DNA of 64,000 bases from an uncultured Candidatus Saccharibacteria bacterium (GTDB lineage Bacteria; Patescibacteriota; Doudnabacteria; UBA920). The translations under genes and the position numbers were made by a program. The stretch lies in NCBI GenBank assembly GCA_964473815.1, contig CAYYQK010000003.1:23115-87114 (forward strand), given 5' to 3'. A model generated the notes under the pieces. The model did not search any database. It saw only the letters and a list, made by a program, of their open reading frames with translations, and was not told where the DNA came from. Below, one piece after another: positions 47,577-58,215 of the stretch (positions are counted from its first letter, which is position 1; each line of letters opens with the position of its first letter).

Positions 47577-48860
47577 CTAGTAACCTTTGTAGTCATGCAT
47601 GGTCAGCTGCGCTTCTACCTGCTTGATCGTTTCAATGACTACAGAAACTACAATTAGTAAACCAGTACCACCAAGAGTCAATGACTGCGTGCCAGTCCAA
47701 TGCTTTACAGCAAATGGCAGCACCGCAATAATTCCAAGGAAGATTGAACCAGGCAAAGTAATGCGGTTCAAAACTTTATACAAGTAGTTCGCAGTCTGTT
47801 GTCCTGGTCGAAGTCCAGGAATGAAGCCACCACTGCGCTGCATGTTTTCTGCAACGTCATCAGGATTAACAACAATATTTGTATAGAAGTAAGTGAAGGC
47901 AACAACCAACAAGAAATATGCGCCAGCATAGTACCAACTTTGGTTGTTGGTGAAGTTGATAACTTTCTGTGCCCAATCAGCAATCAAATGAGTTTTCGCA
48001 GTGGTAAAGAATTGCGCAATGATCGCTGGGAACAACATCAAGGACAAAGCAAAGATAATTGGAATAACGCCGGCTTGGTTAAGTCTCATCGGCAAGTGAG
48101 AATCCACTCCCCCAACTTGACGTTCACCGCGCATACGTTTTGCATATGACACCGGAATGTTACGCTGTGCTTCTGTTACCAAAATAACTCCGGCAATGAC
48201 CAAAATAATTCCAGCCACAAAACCAATAATCATTGGGAGCTTGCTTGGATCATACAATTCAACCAAAGAACGCAAACTTGCTGGTAAACGAGCAATAATA
48301 CCTGCAAAAATAATTAACGACAAACCATTCCCAATTCCGTATTCAGAAATAATTTCCCCAATCCACATTACCAGCATGGTGCCGGTTGCAATTGCAAGTA
48401 GAGTCAAAAACCACTGGAACGGACTAAATGTTCCCAAAACTGCACTTGCACCAGGTTGACTAGCAAGCAAGCGCAAGGTTCCAAAACCAGACAGTACTGC
48501 TAAAGGAATAGTTAAGAAACGAGTATATTGGTTAATTTTCGCGCGCCCAGCTTCACCGCTTTCCTTTTGAAGCTCCTTCAAAGATGGCACAATCATAGTC
48601 AACAACTGCATAATAATAGATGCAGTAATGTATGGACCAACCCCAAGCATAGCAATAGAAAAGTTGGTTAGTCCTCCACCAGAGAAAATATCAAGTAAAT
48701 TTAAAAATTGATTACCGGCAAAAAAAGTTTTCAAGCCAGTAGCATTTACGCCAGGAATTGGGATATGAACTAAAACACGAGTAGCTAGCAACAACAAAAG
48801 CACTGATAGAATCTTCCAGCGCAAGTCTTTAGTTTTCCAAATCAGGGTTAAAGTATTCAT
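47577..48860 (-). CDS. secY: Preprotein translocase SecY
   Basis: HIPIPG, LGVGPYITASII.QLL, GIGNG.SL.IF, IPGLRPG, GGT.LLI motifs. Confidence 0.98.
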   Translation of the reverse strand: MNTLTLIWKTKDLRWKILSVLLLLLATRVLVHIPIPGVNATGLKTFFAGNQFLNLLDIFSGGGLTNFSIAMLGVGPYITASIIMQLLTMIVPSLKELQKESGEAGRAKINQYTRFLTIPLAVLSGFGTLRLLASQPGASAVLGTFSPFQWFLTLLAIATGTMLVMWIGEIISEYGIGNGLSLIIFAGIIARLPASLRSLVELYDPSKLPMIIGFVAGIILVIAGVILVTEAQRNIPVSYAKRMRGERQVGGVDSHLPMRLNQAGVIPIIFALSLMLFPAIIAQFFTTAKTHLIADWAQKVINFTNNQSWYYAGAYFLLVVAFTYFYTNIVVNPDDVAENMQRSGGFIPGLRPGQQTANYLYKVLNRITLPGSIFLGIIAVLPFAVKHWTGTQSLTLGGTGLLIVVSVVIETIKQVEAQLTMHDYKGY

Positions 48861-48897
48861 AGTATTTATTTTACCTTACAAAGCGAAAAGTAGCCAA

Positions 48898-49332
48898 TTA
48901 GGCTACAGTTCCACCAGCTTTTTCAATTGATGCTTTTGCAGTTTCAGAAACAGGAACTTTAAAAGTAAGTTTACGAGCAATCTTACCCTGCAAAATTTTC
49001 ACCTTATTAGATCCAGATGGGACTAAACCTTGGCCACGCAAAGAAGCAACTGTTACTGTATCACCATCTTTAAATACCGAAAGTGCGTCCAACTTAATTA
49101 CTGTTGCCTTGTCATGCAAGCTCTTAAAACCACGAAGTTTCGGAATCTGACGAATCAACGGTTGACGACCACCTTCAAAACGGGCTGGCAATTTGGAATG
49201 ACCAGTACGCTTGGTCTGACCTTTATTACCACGAGTGGAATAAGTACCATGACCACTACCAATACCGCGACCAACAACTTTGCGGCGCTTTGTAGACTTT
49301 GGATGCTTTTTTAATTGATGAAGTTTGATCAT
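48898..49332 (-). CDS. rplO: 50S ribosomal protein L15
   Basis: GRG.GSG, RG.KGQ, FEGG..PL, IEKAGG motifs. Confidence 0.96.
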   Translation of the reverse strand: MIKLHQLKKHPKSTKRRKVVGRGIGSGHGTYSTRGNKGQTKRTGHSKLPARFEGGRQPLIRQIPKLRGFKSLHDKATVIKLDALSVFKDGDTVTVASLRGQGLVPSGSNKVKILQGKIARKLTFKVPVSETAKASIEKAGGTVA

Positions 49333-49336
49333 ATAT

Positions 49337-49912
49337 TTACTTGCGGGCACTTAAAATTGTATCTTTGCTGCGCATAGATTTAAATGCTTCAAATGCAGCG
49401 CGAACATTGTTTACTTTGTTGTTAGAACCCAACATTTTAGAAATAACATTCTTCACACCAGCCATGTCGAGCACGCTACGAACAGCACCACCAGCAATAA
49501 CACCAGTACCAGGACGAGCCGGCAACATAATGATTTGCGAAGACTTGTACTTCAACTTGATTTCGTGCGGGATAGTATCGTTAATCAATGGCAAAGTAAT
49601 CATGTTCTTCTTCGCTTCGTTAACTGCTTTGTTTACGCTTTCAGCAACATCATTACCTTTTTTCAAACCAATACCAACTTTACCTTTGTGATCACCAATA
49701 ACAACTAAGGCGCGGAAGCGCATGCGCTTTCCACCACCAGTAACACGCGTCACGCGCTTTACTTCTACAACCTTTTGGTCGAATTCGCGTGGTTGACGAT
49801 CGCCGCCTGGACCACCGCGACGTGGACCACCGCGACGTGGACCGCGATTGTCGCCACCACGTTCACCACGGCCGGCATTACCTTCAGTTTTTCCTTGAAA
49901 ATTATCTGGCAT
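49337..49912 (-). CDS. rpsE: 30S ribosomal protein S5 with R/G-rich N-terminal extension
   Basis: RV.RV..GG.R.RF, PA.PGTGVIAGG motifs. Confidence 0.97.
   Translation of the reverse strand: MPDNFQGKTEGNAGRGERGGDNRGPRRGGPRRGGPGGDRQPREFDQKVVEVKRVTRVTGGGKRMRFRALVVIGDHKGKVGIGLKKGNDVAESVNKAVNEAKKNMITLPLINDTIPHEIKLKYKSSQIIMLPARPGTGVIAGGAVRSVLDMAGVKNVISKMLGSNNKVNNVRAAFEAFKSMRSKDTILSARK
49808..49843. repeat. 15-bp tandem repeat inside rpsE (encodes RRGGP)
   Basis: TGGACCACCGCGACG x2.4. Confidence 0.85.
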
Positions 49913-49913
49913 A

Positions 49914-50273
49914 TTAAAATTCCAATCCTGCTGCACGCGCAGCTTCAGCTAGAGCTTTCACTCGGCCATGGTATGCATACCCGCCGCGATCAAACACAAC
50001 TGTATTAATTCCTTTTGCTTTCGCCTTTTCTGCAATACTAGTTCCAACCTGAGTAGCTGCATCTGCTTTTGCAGACTTTGCTTTTAGTTCACTGCTAGAA
50101 GCAGCAACTAATGTCTTACCTGTCTTATCATCAATAATCTGAGCGTAAATTTGAGAATTAGAACGGAATACCGAAAGACGTGGGCGATCTGTTTTCCCAA
50201 TGATAGTTTTGCGAACACGAGTGTGGCGCAACTGACGCTTGTCTCTCTTAATTTTTTCCTTGTGCATAGTCAT
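49914..50273 (-). CDS. rplR: 50S ribosomal protein L18
   Basis: [20 protein letters not shown] motifs. Confidence 0.97.
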   Translation of the reverse strand: MTMHKEKIKRDKRQLRHTRVRKTIIGKTDRPRLSVFRSNSQIYAQIIDDKTGKTLVAASSSELKAKSAKADAATQVGTSIAEKAKAKGINTVVFDRGGYAYHGRVKALAEAARAAGLEF

Positions 50274-50287
50274 ATATTTACGTGTGA

Positions 50288-50881
50288 TTATTTACCAACA
50301 GCTTTAACAACTTTACCGGCCTTACGGACGATAGTTTCATCACTGTACTTAATACCTTTACCTTTGTATGGCTCTGGCTTCTTTAATTCGCGGATGTTTG
50401 CTGCAGTCTGACCTACTAATTGCTTATCAATACCAGTCAAAGTTATGGTTGTTTGATACTGCAAGATACCAACTTTGGCCGGATCTTTTTCTACCTTAGC
50501 TTCAACGCCTGCAGGAATTGCAAAACTTACTGGGTGAGAAAAACCAAGGCTCATCACCAATTCTTGGCCACGAACTTCAGCTTTAAAACCAACACCAACT
50601 ACATCTAATTGCTTTGTGTAACCGGCGTTAACACCATCAACCATGTTCTGAACCAAAGCGCGGAATAAACCCCAAAGAGCTTTTTCGCGTTTGTCTTCTT
50701 TCTTAGCAACATCAACTAGAACTTCCTGACCAGCTTCACCAGCTTGAATTTTAACTTCTACCTTTGGATGAATTTCTTGAGTAAGACTTCCCTTAGATCC
50801 TTTTACAGTTAAAACACCGTTAGCCAATTCAGCAGTAACGCCATTAGGGAGAACAACTGGTTTTTTTCCAATACGACTCAT
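50288..50881 (-). CDS. rplF: 50S ribosomal protein L6
   Basis: [21 protein letters not shown] motifs. Confidence 0.98.
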   Translation of the reverse strand: MSRIGKKPVVLPNGVTAELANGVLTVKGSKGSLTQEIHPKVEVKIQAGEAGQEVLVDVAKKEDKREKALWGLFRALVQNMVDGVNAGYTKQLDVVGVGFKAEVRGQELVMSLGFSHPVSFAIPAGVEAKVEKDPAKVGILQYQTTITLTGIDKQLVGQTAANIRELKKPEPYKGKGIKYSDETIVRKAGKVVKAVGK

Positions 50882-50907
50882 ATATCTACAATTATCTTTC
50901 TAAAAGC

Positions 50908-51300
50908 TTACCAAACTTGGCAAACTACTTCTCCGCCCAAACGGTCTTTGCGGGCTTGTTTATCTGTTAAAAGACCACGTGAAGTCGACACTACAGTCAC
51001 GCCATAACCACCATTGGTACGAGGAATCTTTGCAACTGGCAAATAGATGCGTTGGCCTGGAGTAGACACACGCTTAATACCAGAAATTACCGGAGTACCG
51101 CCGTTATCATATTTTAAATTCAACTGCAAAGTCTTAATGCGACCTGGAAGTTCGTTTACACCACTAATAAAACCTTCTTGCAATAATACATTTGCCAAGC
51201 TGTGCTTGAACTTTGAGTAAGGCATTACTAACTCAGCCTTGCGGGCAGCAAGAGCATTGCGAATGCGGGTTAACATGTCTGAAATAGGATCTGTATACAT
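50908..51300 (-). CDS. rpsH: 30S ribosomal protein S8
   Basis: DPISDMLTRIRN, STS.G, GGE motifs. Confidence 0.98.
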   Translation of the reverse strand: MYTDPISDMLTRIRNALAARKAELVMPYSKFKHSLANVLLQEGFISGVNELPGRIKTLQLNLKYDNGGTPVISGIKRVSTPGQRIYLPVAKIPRTNGGYGVTVVSTSRGLLTDKQARKDRLGGEVVCQVW

Positions 51301-51314
51301 AGGATTGAGTTAGT

Positions 51315-51509
51315 TTACCAAGATGCTTTAACTACACCAGGGATCTCGCCTCGACTAGCAAGTTCACGGAAACAAATACGGCAAAGAGCGAAATCGCGCA
51401 TAAAGCCAGCTTTACGGCCGCATTTCCAGCAACGTCGAATAACACGCGAAGAGAATTTCGGTTTGGTCAAGCTTCTATTTGCTTTTGCGATTAGAGATTT
51501 CTTAGCCAT
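51315..51509 (-). CDS. rpsN: 30S ribosomal protein S14, Zn-binding type Z
   Basis: [22 protein letters not shown] motifs. Confidence 0.97.
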   Translation of the reverse strand: MAKKSLIAKANRSLTKPKFSSRVIRRCWKCGRKAGFMRDFALCRICFRELASRGEIPGVVKASW

Positions 51510-51514
51510 ATTAA

Positions 51515-52060
51515 TTAGTTATTTTCTTTGACGAATGGGAAGTTCATAGCGGTCAACAGTGCTTTTGCTGGTTCGTCTTTACCAGCGTTCGTTACAACTG
51601 ATACTTGTAGTCCAAAAATGTGTTCAAGTGCTTCATTGGAGATTTCCGGGAACACAATGTGTTCTTTTAATCCCAAGTGATAGTTACCGCGGCCATCAAA
51701 CTTTGCGGAAATTCCGCGGAAGTCTTTAACGCGAGGTAATGCCACTGAAACCAGCTTGTCTATAAAATCGTACATGCGTTCGCCACGAAGAGTCACTGCC
51801 ATACCAACCACTTGCTGTTCACGAATCTTGAATCCGGCGATAGACTTGCGAGCCTTGGTTTCGACTGGTGCTTGCCCAGCAATTGCTGTTAAGTCGCGCT
51901 TAATAGATTCCACATACTTACCGTCTTTCAGGAATTTACCAATACCGACGTTGATCATCACTTTGGTAACTTTCGGTACTTCCATCGCATTTGTGTAACC
52001 GAATTCTTCTTTCAGCTTTGGAACGATCTCTTTATTATATTTTTCTAGTAGTCTGTTCAT
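51515..52060 (-). CDS. rplE: 50S ribosomal protein L5
   Basis: [23 protein letters not shown] motifs. Confidence 0.98.
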   Translation of the reverse strand: MNRLLEKYNKEIVPKLKEEFGYTNAMEVPKVTKVMINVGIGKFLKDGKYVESIKRDLTAIAGQAPVETKARKSIAGFKIREQQVVGMAVTLRGERMYDFIDKLVSVALPRVKDFRGISAKFDGRGNYHLGLKEHIVFPEISNEALEHIFGLQVSVVTNAGKDEPAKALLTAMNFPFVKENN

Positions 52061-52069
52061 ATGCGTTCC

Positions 52070-52393
52070 TTAAATAGCCTTTCCACTTTTCTTAGCAATG
52101 CGTTGCTTGGTTCCGTTTTCGAGTGTCTTGTAACCAACGCGTGAAGGCTGCCCAGAATTGCTATCAATCAACATTACTTTTGAAACATTGATTGGCGAAG
52201 ACAAGCTGATCTTTTGACCAACCTGACGACCAGTGCGGCCTTTGGAGAACTTGGTGTGTACGTTGACATTCTCAACCACGACCTTACCAATATTTGGCAA
52301 AGCGCGTAATACAGTACCAGTCTTGCCTTTATCCTTACCGGATAAAATCTTAACGGTATCGCCTTTCTTAATTTTCATCTTAATCTTAGTCAT
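52070..52393 (-). CDS. rplX: 50S ribosomal protein L24
   Basis: KOW motif KKGD.V...GKDKGK.G. Confidence 0.97.
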   Translation of the reverse strand: MTKIKMKIKKGDTVKILSGKDKGKTGTVLRALPNIGKVVVENVNVHTKFSKGRTGRQVGQKISLSSPINVSKVMLIDSNSGQPSRVGYKTLENGTKQRIAKKSGKAI

Positions 52394-52407
52394 GTCTGTA
52401 AAATAAA

Positions 52408-52779
52408 TTAGATAACTTCTGGCGCCATAGATACAATTTTATTGTATCCTTTGTCGCGAATTTCACGAGCCACTGGTCCGAAGATACGGGTTCCGCGTGG
52501 TTCGCCTTTTTCTTTGTCTACCAATACGCCTGCGTTTTCATCAAAACGGATGTAAGAACCATCTTTGCGACGGATTTCCTTTTTGGTGCGAACGATTAGC
52601 GCGTAAACCTTATCACCTTTCTTAACCTGGCCGCCAGGAGCTGCCTGACGTACTGATCCTGCAACAATGTCGCCTACACCGGCAAAGCGACGGGCATTCT
52701 TTCCGTTCACGCTGAAAACGTTGACGATTTTGGCGCCAGTGTTATCTGCGATTTTAATTAAGGATCGTACTTGTAACAT
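52408..52779 (-). CDS. rplN: 50S ribosomal protein L14
   Basis: [18 protein letters not shown] motifs. Confidence 0.98.
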   Translation of the reverse strand: MLQVRSLIKIADNTGAKIVNVFSVNGKNARRFAGVGDIVAGSVRQAAPGGQVKKGDKVYALIVRTKKEIRRKDGSYIRFDENAGVLVDKEKGEPRGTRIFGPVAREIRDKGYNKIVSMAPEVI

Positions 52780-52802
52780 ACAGGTTAAGAGAGATGATTA
52801 GA

Positions 52803-53069
52803 TTAATTATTGTGAGAAACAGTTTTGATAACTGCGAAGTGCTTGTCTTTCGACATGGGACGAGTAGATTCGATTACTACACGGTCACCGATTTCGCAAT
52901 TATTTGCTTCATCATGTGCTTTGTACTTAATCGACTTGGTGTAACTCTTGTGATACTTAGGGTGACGCATGCGTACATCCACTTTCACCACAACAGTTTT
53001 GTCCATCTTATTCGAAACAACCACTCCGGTCATTTGCTGTTTTGTAGCTTTTTTTACTTCTTCTGTCAT
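52803..53069 (-). CDS. rpsQ: 30S ribosomal protein S17
   Basis: G.VVS.KMDKT, HPKY.K, RP.SK.K motifs. Confidence 0.97.
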   Translation of the reverse strand: MTEEVKKATKQQMTGVVVSNKMDKTVVVKVDVRMRHPKYHKSYTKSIKYKAHDEANNCEIGDRVVIESTRPMSKDKHFAVIKTVSHNN

Positions 53070-53080
53070 ATATATAGAGG

Positions 53081-53269
53081 TTAGTTAGCTCGTAAATAAG
53101 TAAGGATACGAGCAATGTCCTTGCGGATTCCAGAAAGTTCGTGAAGATTCTTTACTTGGCCAAGCTTTTTCTTCATAGCTAGGTCAGCAGCTTTTTCACG
53201 AAGTTCAGCTAAATCTTTACGAAGCTGATCCGGAGTTTTCTGTGATAATTCTTTATAAACTAGTGTCAT
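53081..53269 (-). CDS. rpmC: 50S ribosomal protein L29
   Basis: RKDIARI.T motif; position in the operon. Confidence 0.93.
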   Translation of the reverse strand: MTLVYKELSQKTPDQLRKDLAELREKAADLAMKKKLGQVKNLHELSGIRKDIARILTYLRAN

Positions 53270-53286
53270 ACAATTATTTCCTTCAG

Positions 53287-53694
53287 CTATTCTTTAATCA
53301 AAAACTTAGTCTTCACTGGCAACTTGTGAGCTGCGAGTCTCATTGCTTCACGAGCCTGAGCTTCAGTTACACCATCCATCTCGTACAAAATGCGCCCTTT
53401 CTTAACAACAGCAACAAAGTGAGATACTGCACCTTTACCACTACCCATTACAGATTCATTACCGTGATCAGTGATTGGCTTGTCTGGGAAAATGCGAATC
53501 CAAATTTTACCACCACGGTTAATACTGCGAGTCATGGCGCGACGAGCTGATTCAATCTGGCGAGCAGTCACAAAAGAGCCTTCGAGCGCCTTAAGCGCGA
53601 AAGAACCAAATGCGATAAAGTTACCAGAAGTAGCTTTGCCTTTGTTATGACCGCGGTGATGCTTGCGGTGTTTTACTTTCTTAGGGATTAACAT
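53287..53694 (-). CDS. rplP: 50S ribosomal protein L16
   Basis: QIESAR, WIRIFPD, MG.GKG, KLP motifs. Confidence 0.98.
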   Translation of the reverse strand: MLIPKKVKHRKHHRGHNKGKATSGNFIAFGSFALKALEGSFVTARQIESARRAMTRSINRGGKIWIRIFPDKPITDHGNESVMGSGKGAVSHFVAVVKKGRILYEMDGVTEAQAREAMRLAAHKLPVKTKFLIKE

Positions 53695-53707
53695 CTTTTC
53701 TTAAATA

Positions 53708-54358
53708 TTATTTAGATTCTTTCTTCTCAAAAATATCGCCACGGTAGATCCAAACCTTAATACCAATTGTACCGTAAGTAGTGTGCGCAGTTGCCTTTGC
53801 AAAATCAATATCAGCACGCAAAGTGTGAAGTGGGATTTTACCAGCAGACAAATGTTCAGTACGAGCGATTTCTGCACCGTTCAAACGACCACCAATAGCA
53901 ACTTTTACACCCTTAGCACCCGCTTGCATAACTGCTTCCAAAGACTGCTTCATCAAACGACGGAAAGCAACGCGCTTTTCGATTTGTTCAGCAATGCCGC
54001 CAGCAATAACTGCCGCGTGCAAATTCATATCATGAACACCATCAATATTAACTTTCAGTTCTTTCTTAATGCCGAGCTTAGTCTTGATGCGCTTCTTCAA
54101 TTCTTCAATTCCAGCACCGCCCTTACCAATAATCAAACCAGGCTTTGCGGTTGCAATGGAAACAGTGATTGTACCGTCATTCAACCGTTCAATATCAATG
54201 CGCGACAAACCAGCCTTGCGAAGGTGATTCTCAAGGTATTCACGAATACGAATGTCTTCACGAAGAAGTTCTACGTAATTCGCTTTTGAAAACCACTTTG
54301 ACTTCCAAGTGTCAGTGATTTTCAAACGGAATGAAGTTGGATTGATCTTATGTCCCAT
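53708..54358 (-). CDS. rpsC: 30S ribosomal protein S3
   Basis: MG.K.NP, PG.IIGKGG, GRLNGAEIAR motifs. Confidence 0.98.
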   Translation of the reverse strand: MGHKINPTSFRLKITDTWKSKWFSKANYVELLREDIRIREYLENHLRKAGLSRIDIERLNDGTITVSIATAKPGLIIGKGGAGIEELKKRIKTKLGIKKELKVNIDGVHDMNLHAAVIAGGIAEQIEKRVAFRRLMKQSLEAVMQAGAKGVKVAIGGRLNGAEIARTEHLSAGKIPLHTLRADIDFAKATAHTTYGTIGIKVWIYRGDIFEKKESK

Positions 54359-54377
54359 AACGGTTAGTTAGTAACGA

Positions 54378-55055
54378 TTATTTATTTAAATTCTGCGGGC
54401 TAGTTTCATCTTGCTTTACTTCTGCTTCATTTTCATGATGCACTTCTTTTGCTTCAGCATGAGTTTCAATTACATCCGGAGTTGGAGCAGTTTCAGTAGT
54501 TACATCTTCCATTGGTTGTAATGGAGAAGGAATCTTGTCGACTTCTGCTTCTTTAACTGGCTTTACTGCTTTCGGTACAACGGCCGGCTTCTTTTTCTTA
54601 TTCTTGACTTCACGTTCTTCCAAAATGACGTTTACGTGACTAAGTTTGCGGCGAATAACGAACGCGCTTCCACGAGCACGTGGGAATGAACGCTTCATTA
54701 CTGTCCCCATGTCAGTCGTAATAGTCTTGATGAACATATTGTCGCGATTCAAAGAGAAATTATTTTCAGCATTTGCAGCGGCAGATTGCAACAACTTCGT
54801 AAGCATCTTAGCACCCTTTTTGTTGGTGAACTGCAATTGAGTTAAAGCAGAATTTACATTCATGTCTTTTACTAAATTGGTTACCAGGCGCATCTTGCGA
54901 GGCGCAATGCGCAAAGAACGCGCATGTGCTCGAACAAGCACCGCTTCCTTAGGGGCTTTTTCTGCTTTAGCTACAGGCTTTTTTGCAACTGGCTTAGTAG
55001 CCGTTGCTTTCGCAGTAGTAGCTTTCTTATTCTGTTGTGCAGTCTTTTCTGCCAT
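54378..55055 (-). CDS. rplV: 50S ribosomal protein L22 with N- and C-terminal extensions
   Basis: PRK.RLV, SA.ANA, PRARG core within 225 aa. Confidence 0.95.
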   Translation of the reverse strand: MAEKTAQQNKKATTAKATATKPVAKKPVAKAEKAPKEAVLVRAHARSLRIAPRKMRLVTNLVKDMNVNSALTQLQFTNKKGAKMLTKLLQSAAANAENNFSLNRDNMFIKTITTDMGTVMKRSFPRARGSAFVIRRKLSHVNVILEEREVKNKKKKPAVVPKAVKPVKEAEVDKIPSPLQPMEDVTTETAPTPDVIETHAEAKEVHHENEAEVKQDETSPQNLNK

Positions 55056-55086
55056 TATTGTTAATTAAACTTTAATCTGTAAATAC

Positions 55087-55413
55087 TTATTTCTTCTTAG
55101 CCGGTGCAGCAGCTGCAGCTGGCTTGGAGGCTTGAGCTGCGGCAGCAGCCTGTTCCTTCGCCATCTTACCACCGTGACGGATAAACTTACGGGTTGGAGA
55201 AAATTCTCCTAACTTATGTCCTACCATTGATTCGTTCACCGATACATCAATAAATTGACGACCGTTGTGAACCTGGAAGATGAAACCAACCATTTCCGGA
55301 CCAATCGCACTATCGCGAGACCAAGTCTTGATTTTATCACCAATCTTACCTGCTGCAACTTTCTTGAGCAAGCGTTCATCAATGTATGGACCTTTTTTTA
55401 AACTTCTAGACAT
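55087..55413 (-). CDS. rpsS: 30S ribosomal protein S19
   Basis: [19 protein letters not shown] motifs; Ala-rich tail. Confidence 0.98.
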   Translation of the reverse strand: MSRSLKKGPYIDERLLKKVAAGKIGDKIKTWSRDSAIGPEMVGFIFQVHNGRQFIDVSVNESMVGHKLGEFSPTRKFIRHGGKMAKEQAAAAAQASKPAAAAAPAKKK

Positions 55414-55422
55414 ATAATTAGA

Positions 55423-56271
55423 TTATTTAGTGCGCTTGTTTACGCGGCGCTTAATAATGAATTTGCCAGATGGCTTCTTCTTATCGCGAGTACGAACACC
55501 CATTGCATGTTTACCCCAAGGAGTCTTTGGATACTTCATACCAATAGAGTTCTGACCTTCACCACCACCATGAGGGTGATCAACCGGGTTCATCACTTTA
55601 CCACGAACTGAAGGACGGATACCCATGTGACGGCTGCGACCAGCTTTACCAATGCGCACGTTCATCCAGTCTGGATTTGAAAGTGTGCCGATAGTAGCTG
55701 TACAGGTTTCGCGCACTTTGCGAATTTCACCAGATGGCATTTTCAATAGAGCGTAACCACCTTCAACGTTTTGCAACAATAAAGAAGAACCAGCACTACG
55801 AGCCACTTTACCACCGTGACCAGGAATCAATTCAACATCGTGGACAAAAGTTCCAATTGGAATTGCAGACATTGGCAGTCTGTTACCAGGGTGAATTTCA
55901 GCTTTTTCGCTAAACATCACTTCACTGCCAACTTTTAAGCCTGCAGGAGAAAGAATGTAACGCTTCACACCATCTTTGTAGAAAACTAAAGAGATGAATG
56001 CTGTGCGAGTTGGATCGTATTCAACAGTTTTGATTGTTCCAGGGATATCTTTGCGGTCAACACGAGAAAAATCTACTACGCGAATTTTTTTGCGCGCGCC
56101 GCCACCTTGGTGACGAACAGTGATTTTACCAGAGTTATTACGACCAGCCTTACGGCCCTTTGCAATGATCAGACCTTTTGGAGTCTTTTCTTTTTTATCA
56201 AGCACAGAAAAATCAGTCACACTTGCAAAGCGACGTCCTGGAGTTGTTGGTTTGTAGAGTTTTACTGCCAT
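55423..56271 (-). CDS. rplB: 50S ribosomal protein L2
   Basis: GRNN.G.IT, EYDP.R, MNPVDHPHGGG motifs. Confidence 0.99.
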   Translation of the reverse strand: MAVKLYKPTTPGRRFASVTDFSVLDKKEKTPKGLIIAKGRKAGRNNSGKITVRHQGGGARKKIRVVDFSRVDRKDIPGTIKTVEYDPTRTAFISLVFYKDGVKRYILSPAGLKVGSEVMFSEKAEIHPGNRLPMSAIPIGTFVHDVELIPGHGGKVARSAGSSLLLQNVEGGYALLKMPSGEIRKVRETCTATIGTLSNPDWMNVRIGKAGRSRHMGIRPSVRGKVMNPVDHPHGGGEGQNSIGMKYPKTPWGKHAMGVRTRDKKKPSGKFIIKRRVNKRTK

Positions 56272-56275
56272 AGGT

Positions 56276-56689
56276 TTATGATGGTTCTACTAAATCAATT
56301 TTCTTGCTGGTGGGAGTAAGTGTAACAATTGCTTTTTTGAAGCTCTGAGTTACGCCGTAATTGCGACCAAAGCGACGAGTCTTGCCAGCCATAACAATCA
56401 TGTTAACGCGGGCAATTTTTACACCATAGATCTTTTCAATTAGTTTGCGAACTTCAACTTTGTTAGACTTGCCCCAAACAGTAAATACGTACTTGTTTAA
56501 TTTATCCATTTTGCCAGCTTTTTCAGACAAACGAGGCACGACTAAAGACCGGCTGCTTTTAGCATCCAGTTGGATTTGAACAGGAGTAGATTCTGTTACA
56601 ACATCATCAGTCGCAGGAGTCTGCGTTGTTTCGGTTGCAGTTGTTTCTACAGCGTCGTCGTTATTTTCTTTGTTAGAAAAAATGGCCAT
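56276..56689 (-). CDS. rplW: 50S ribosomal protein L23 with acidic N-terminal extension
   Basis: P..SEK, NK.E, KKAIVTL motifs. Confidence 0.95.
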   Translation of the reverse strand: MAIFSNKENNDDAVETTATETTQTPATDDVVTESTPVQIQLDAKSSRSLVVPRLSEKAGKMDKLNKYVFTVWGKSNKVEVRKLIEKIYGVKIARVNMIVMAGKTRRFGRNYGVTQSFKKAIVTLTPTSKKIDLVEPS

Positions 56690-56704
56690 GGATAATTAAT
56701 AAGA

Positions 56705-57358
56705 TTATTTCTTGTCAGACTTTAAATAAGTTTTTTCAATCACTGGTAATGCGTCTTTCATCAATACCAAGGTGTCAGCTTTCAATACATCAGTAACATT
56801 CAAGCTGGTTGCATTTGCAGACTTTAAGTTTGGAATATTGCGTGATGCGCGATCCAAATTTTCATCTTTCTTAGGAACCACAAACAATTGATTCTTGCCC
56901 AAACCATTTAGCTTCGCTTCAAACGATGCCATAATTTGTACAAATTCTTTTGTCTTTGGAGCTTCTAGCTTTAGTCCTTCAATAATGATCAACTTGCCAT
57001 CAGTAACTTTATCAGACAAAGACATAAACAATGCTTTAGTCTTAGCTTTCTTGTTGATTTTCAAAGACCAGTTTCGATCAGAAGTAGGACCAAAAGTAAT
57101 TCCACCGTGACGCCAGATTGGAGAACGAGTTGAACCTACGCGAGCGCGGCCAGTTCCCTTTTGACGCCAAGGCTTTTTACCACCACCACTTACTTCACCG
57201 CGAGTCTTAGTGTTAGCCAAACCTTTGCGAGCATTGCTTGCTTGGATGCGAACTGCTTCGGCAAGTAAGTGCAAAGTTGGTTTAACGCCAAAAATCTTAT
57301 CGTTCAAATCGATTTCACCAGTTTGTTCAGCGCTTTGGTTGTATACAGCAATTTTCAT
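56705..57358 (-). CDS. rplD: 50S ribosomal protein L4
   Basis: TKTR.EVSGGG.KPWRQKGTGRAR motif. Confidence 0.98.
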   Translation of the reverse strand: MKIAVYNQSAEQTGEIDLNDKIFGVKPTLHLLAEAVRIQASNARKGLANTKTRGEVSGGGKKPWRQKGTGRARVGSTRSPIWRHGGITFGPTSDRNWSLKINKKAKTKALFMSLSDKVTDGKLIIIEGLKLEAPKTKEFVQIMASFEAKLNGLGKNQLFVVPKKDENLDRASRNIPNLKSANATSLNVTDVLKADTLVLMKDALPVIEKTYLKSDKK

Positions 57359-57376
57359 AATCGTATATTGGTTCTA

Positions 57377-58057
57377 CTATTTCTTCTTCTTATCTACTTC
57401 TGGAGCGGCAACGAATAAAGGTTTAACTGTGCCAGTAGAAGTAATTTTGATCATTCCGCCATTAGCGCCAGGAATAGCACCGCTAATCATTAAAAGGTTT
57501 TGTTCCATATCAACATCAACAACTTGTAAATTCTTTACAGTTACATTCTGAGTTCCCATGTGGCCTGCCATGCGGTGACCTTTGTTAACGTGTTGTGGAT
57601 AACGTTGACCAATAGAACCAACGCTACGAGGTTTGTCGTGACCGTGAGATGCAGGAAAACCAGCAAAACCATGGCGCTTCATACCACCAGCAAAACCGCG
57701 ACCCTTCATTGTGCCGATTACGTTTACTACTTCACCAATTTCAAATGTTGAGGCATCGATCTTTTTGCCAACTTCGTAATCTTCTGTGTTGTCTACACGA
57801 AATTCTACGAACTTACCAAAAGTTAAATCTTCTCCAGCCTTCTTGGAATGGCCTGCCTTAGCCTTATTTGCATTCTTGCTACCAGCAACTTTTGTAGAAA
57901 TACCAAATTGAACCGCAGAATATTTATCCTTGCCGTCAGTAGCTTTAACTTGAGTAACAATCATTTCGGGTACGCTAACCACGGTAACCGGGATGACTTC
58001 CCCATTTTCTGCAAAGAACTGAGTCATATTTAGTTTTTTACCAACGATTAGGTTCAT
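57377..58057 (-). CDS. rplC: 50S ribosomal protein L3
   Basis: KGRGFAG..KR, SHG, GSIG, MAGHMG motifs. Confidence 0.98.
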   Translation of the reverse strand: MNLIVGKKLNMTQFFAENGEVIPVTVVSVPEMIVTQVKATDGKDKYSAVQFGISTKVAGSKNANKAKAGHSKKAGEDLTFGKFVEFRVDNTEDYEVGKKIDASTFEIGEVVNVIGTMKGRGFAGGMKRHGFAGFPASHGHDKPRSVGSIGQRYPQHVNKGHRMAGHMGTQNVTVKNLQVVDVDMEQNLLMISGAIPGANGGMIKITSTGTVKPLFVAAPEVDKKKK

Positions 58058-58215
58058 TATTTGCGGTTTTGAAAATAAAAATACTGGGAACTATGTACCC
58101 AGCACACAAAAATACCTAAATCGGTTTTGTATTAAAGGGTAAATAGTTTTCTGATCCGGACAGCTTATTGGGCTGATAACGTTCAGAACTTTTTTACGTG
58201 AATATTAAATGTAAG

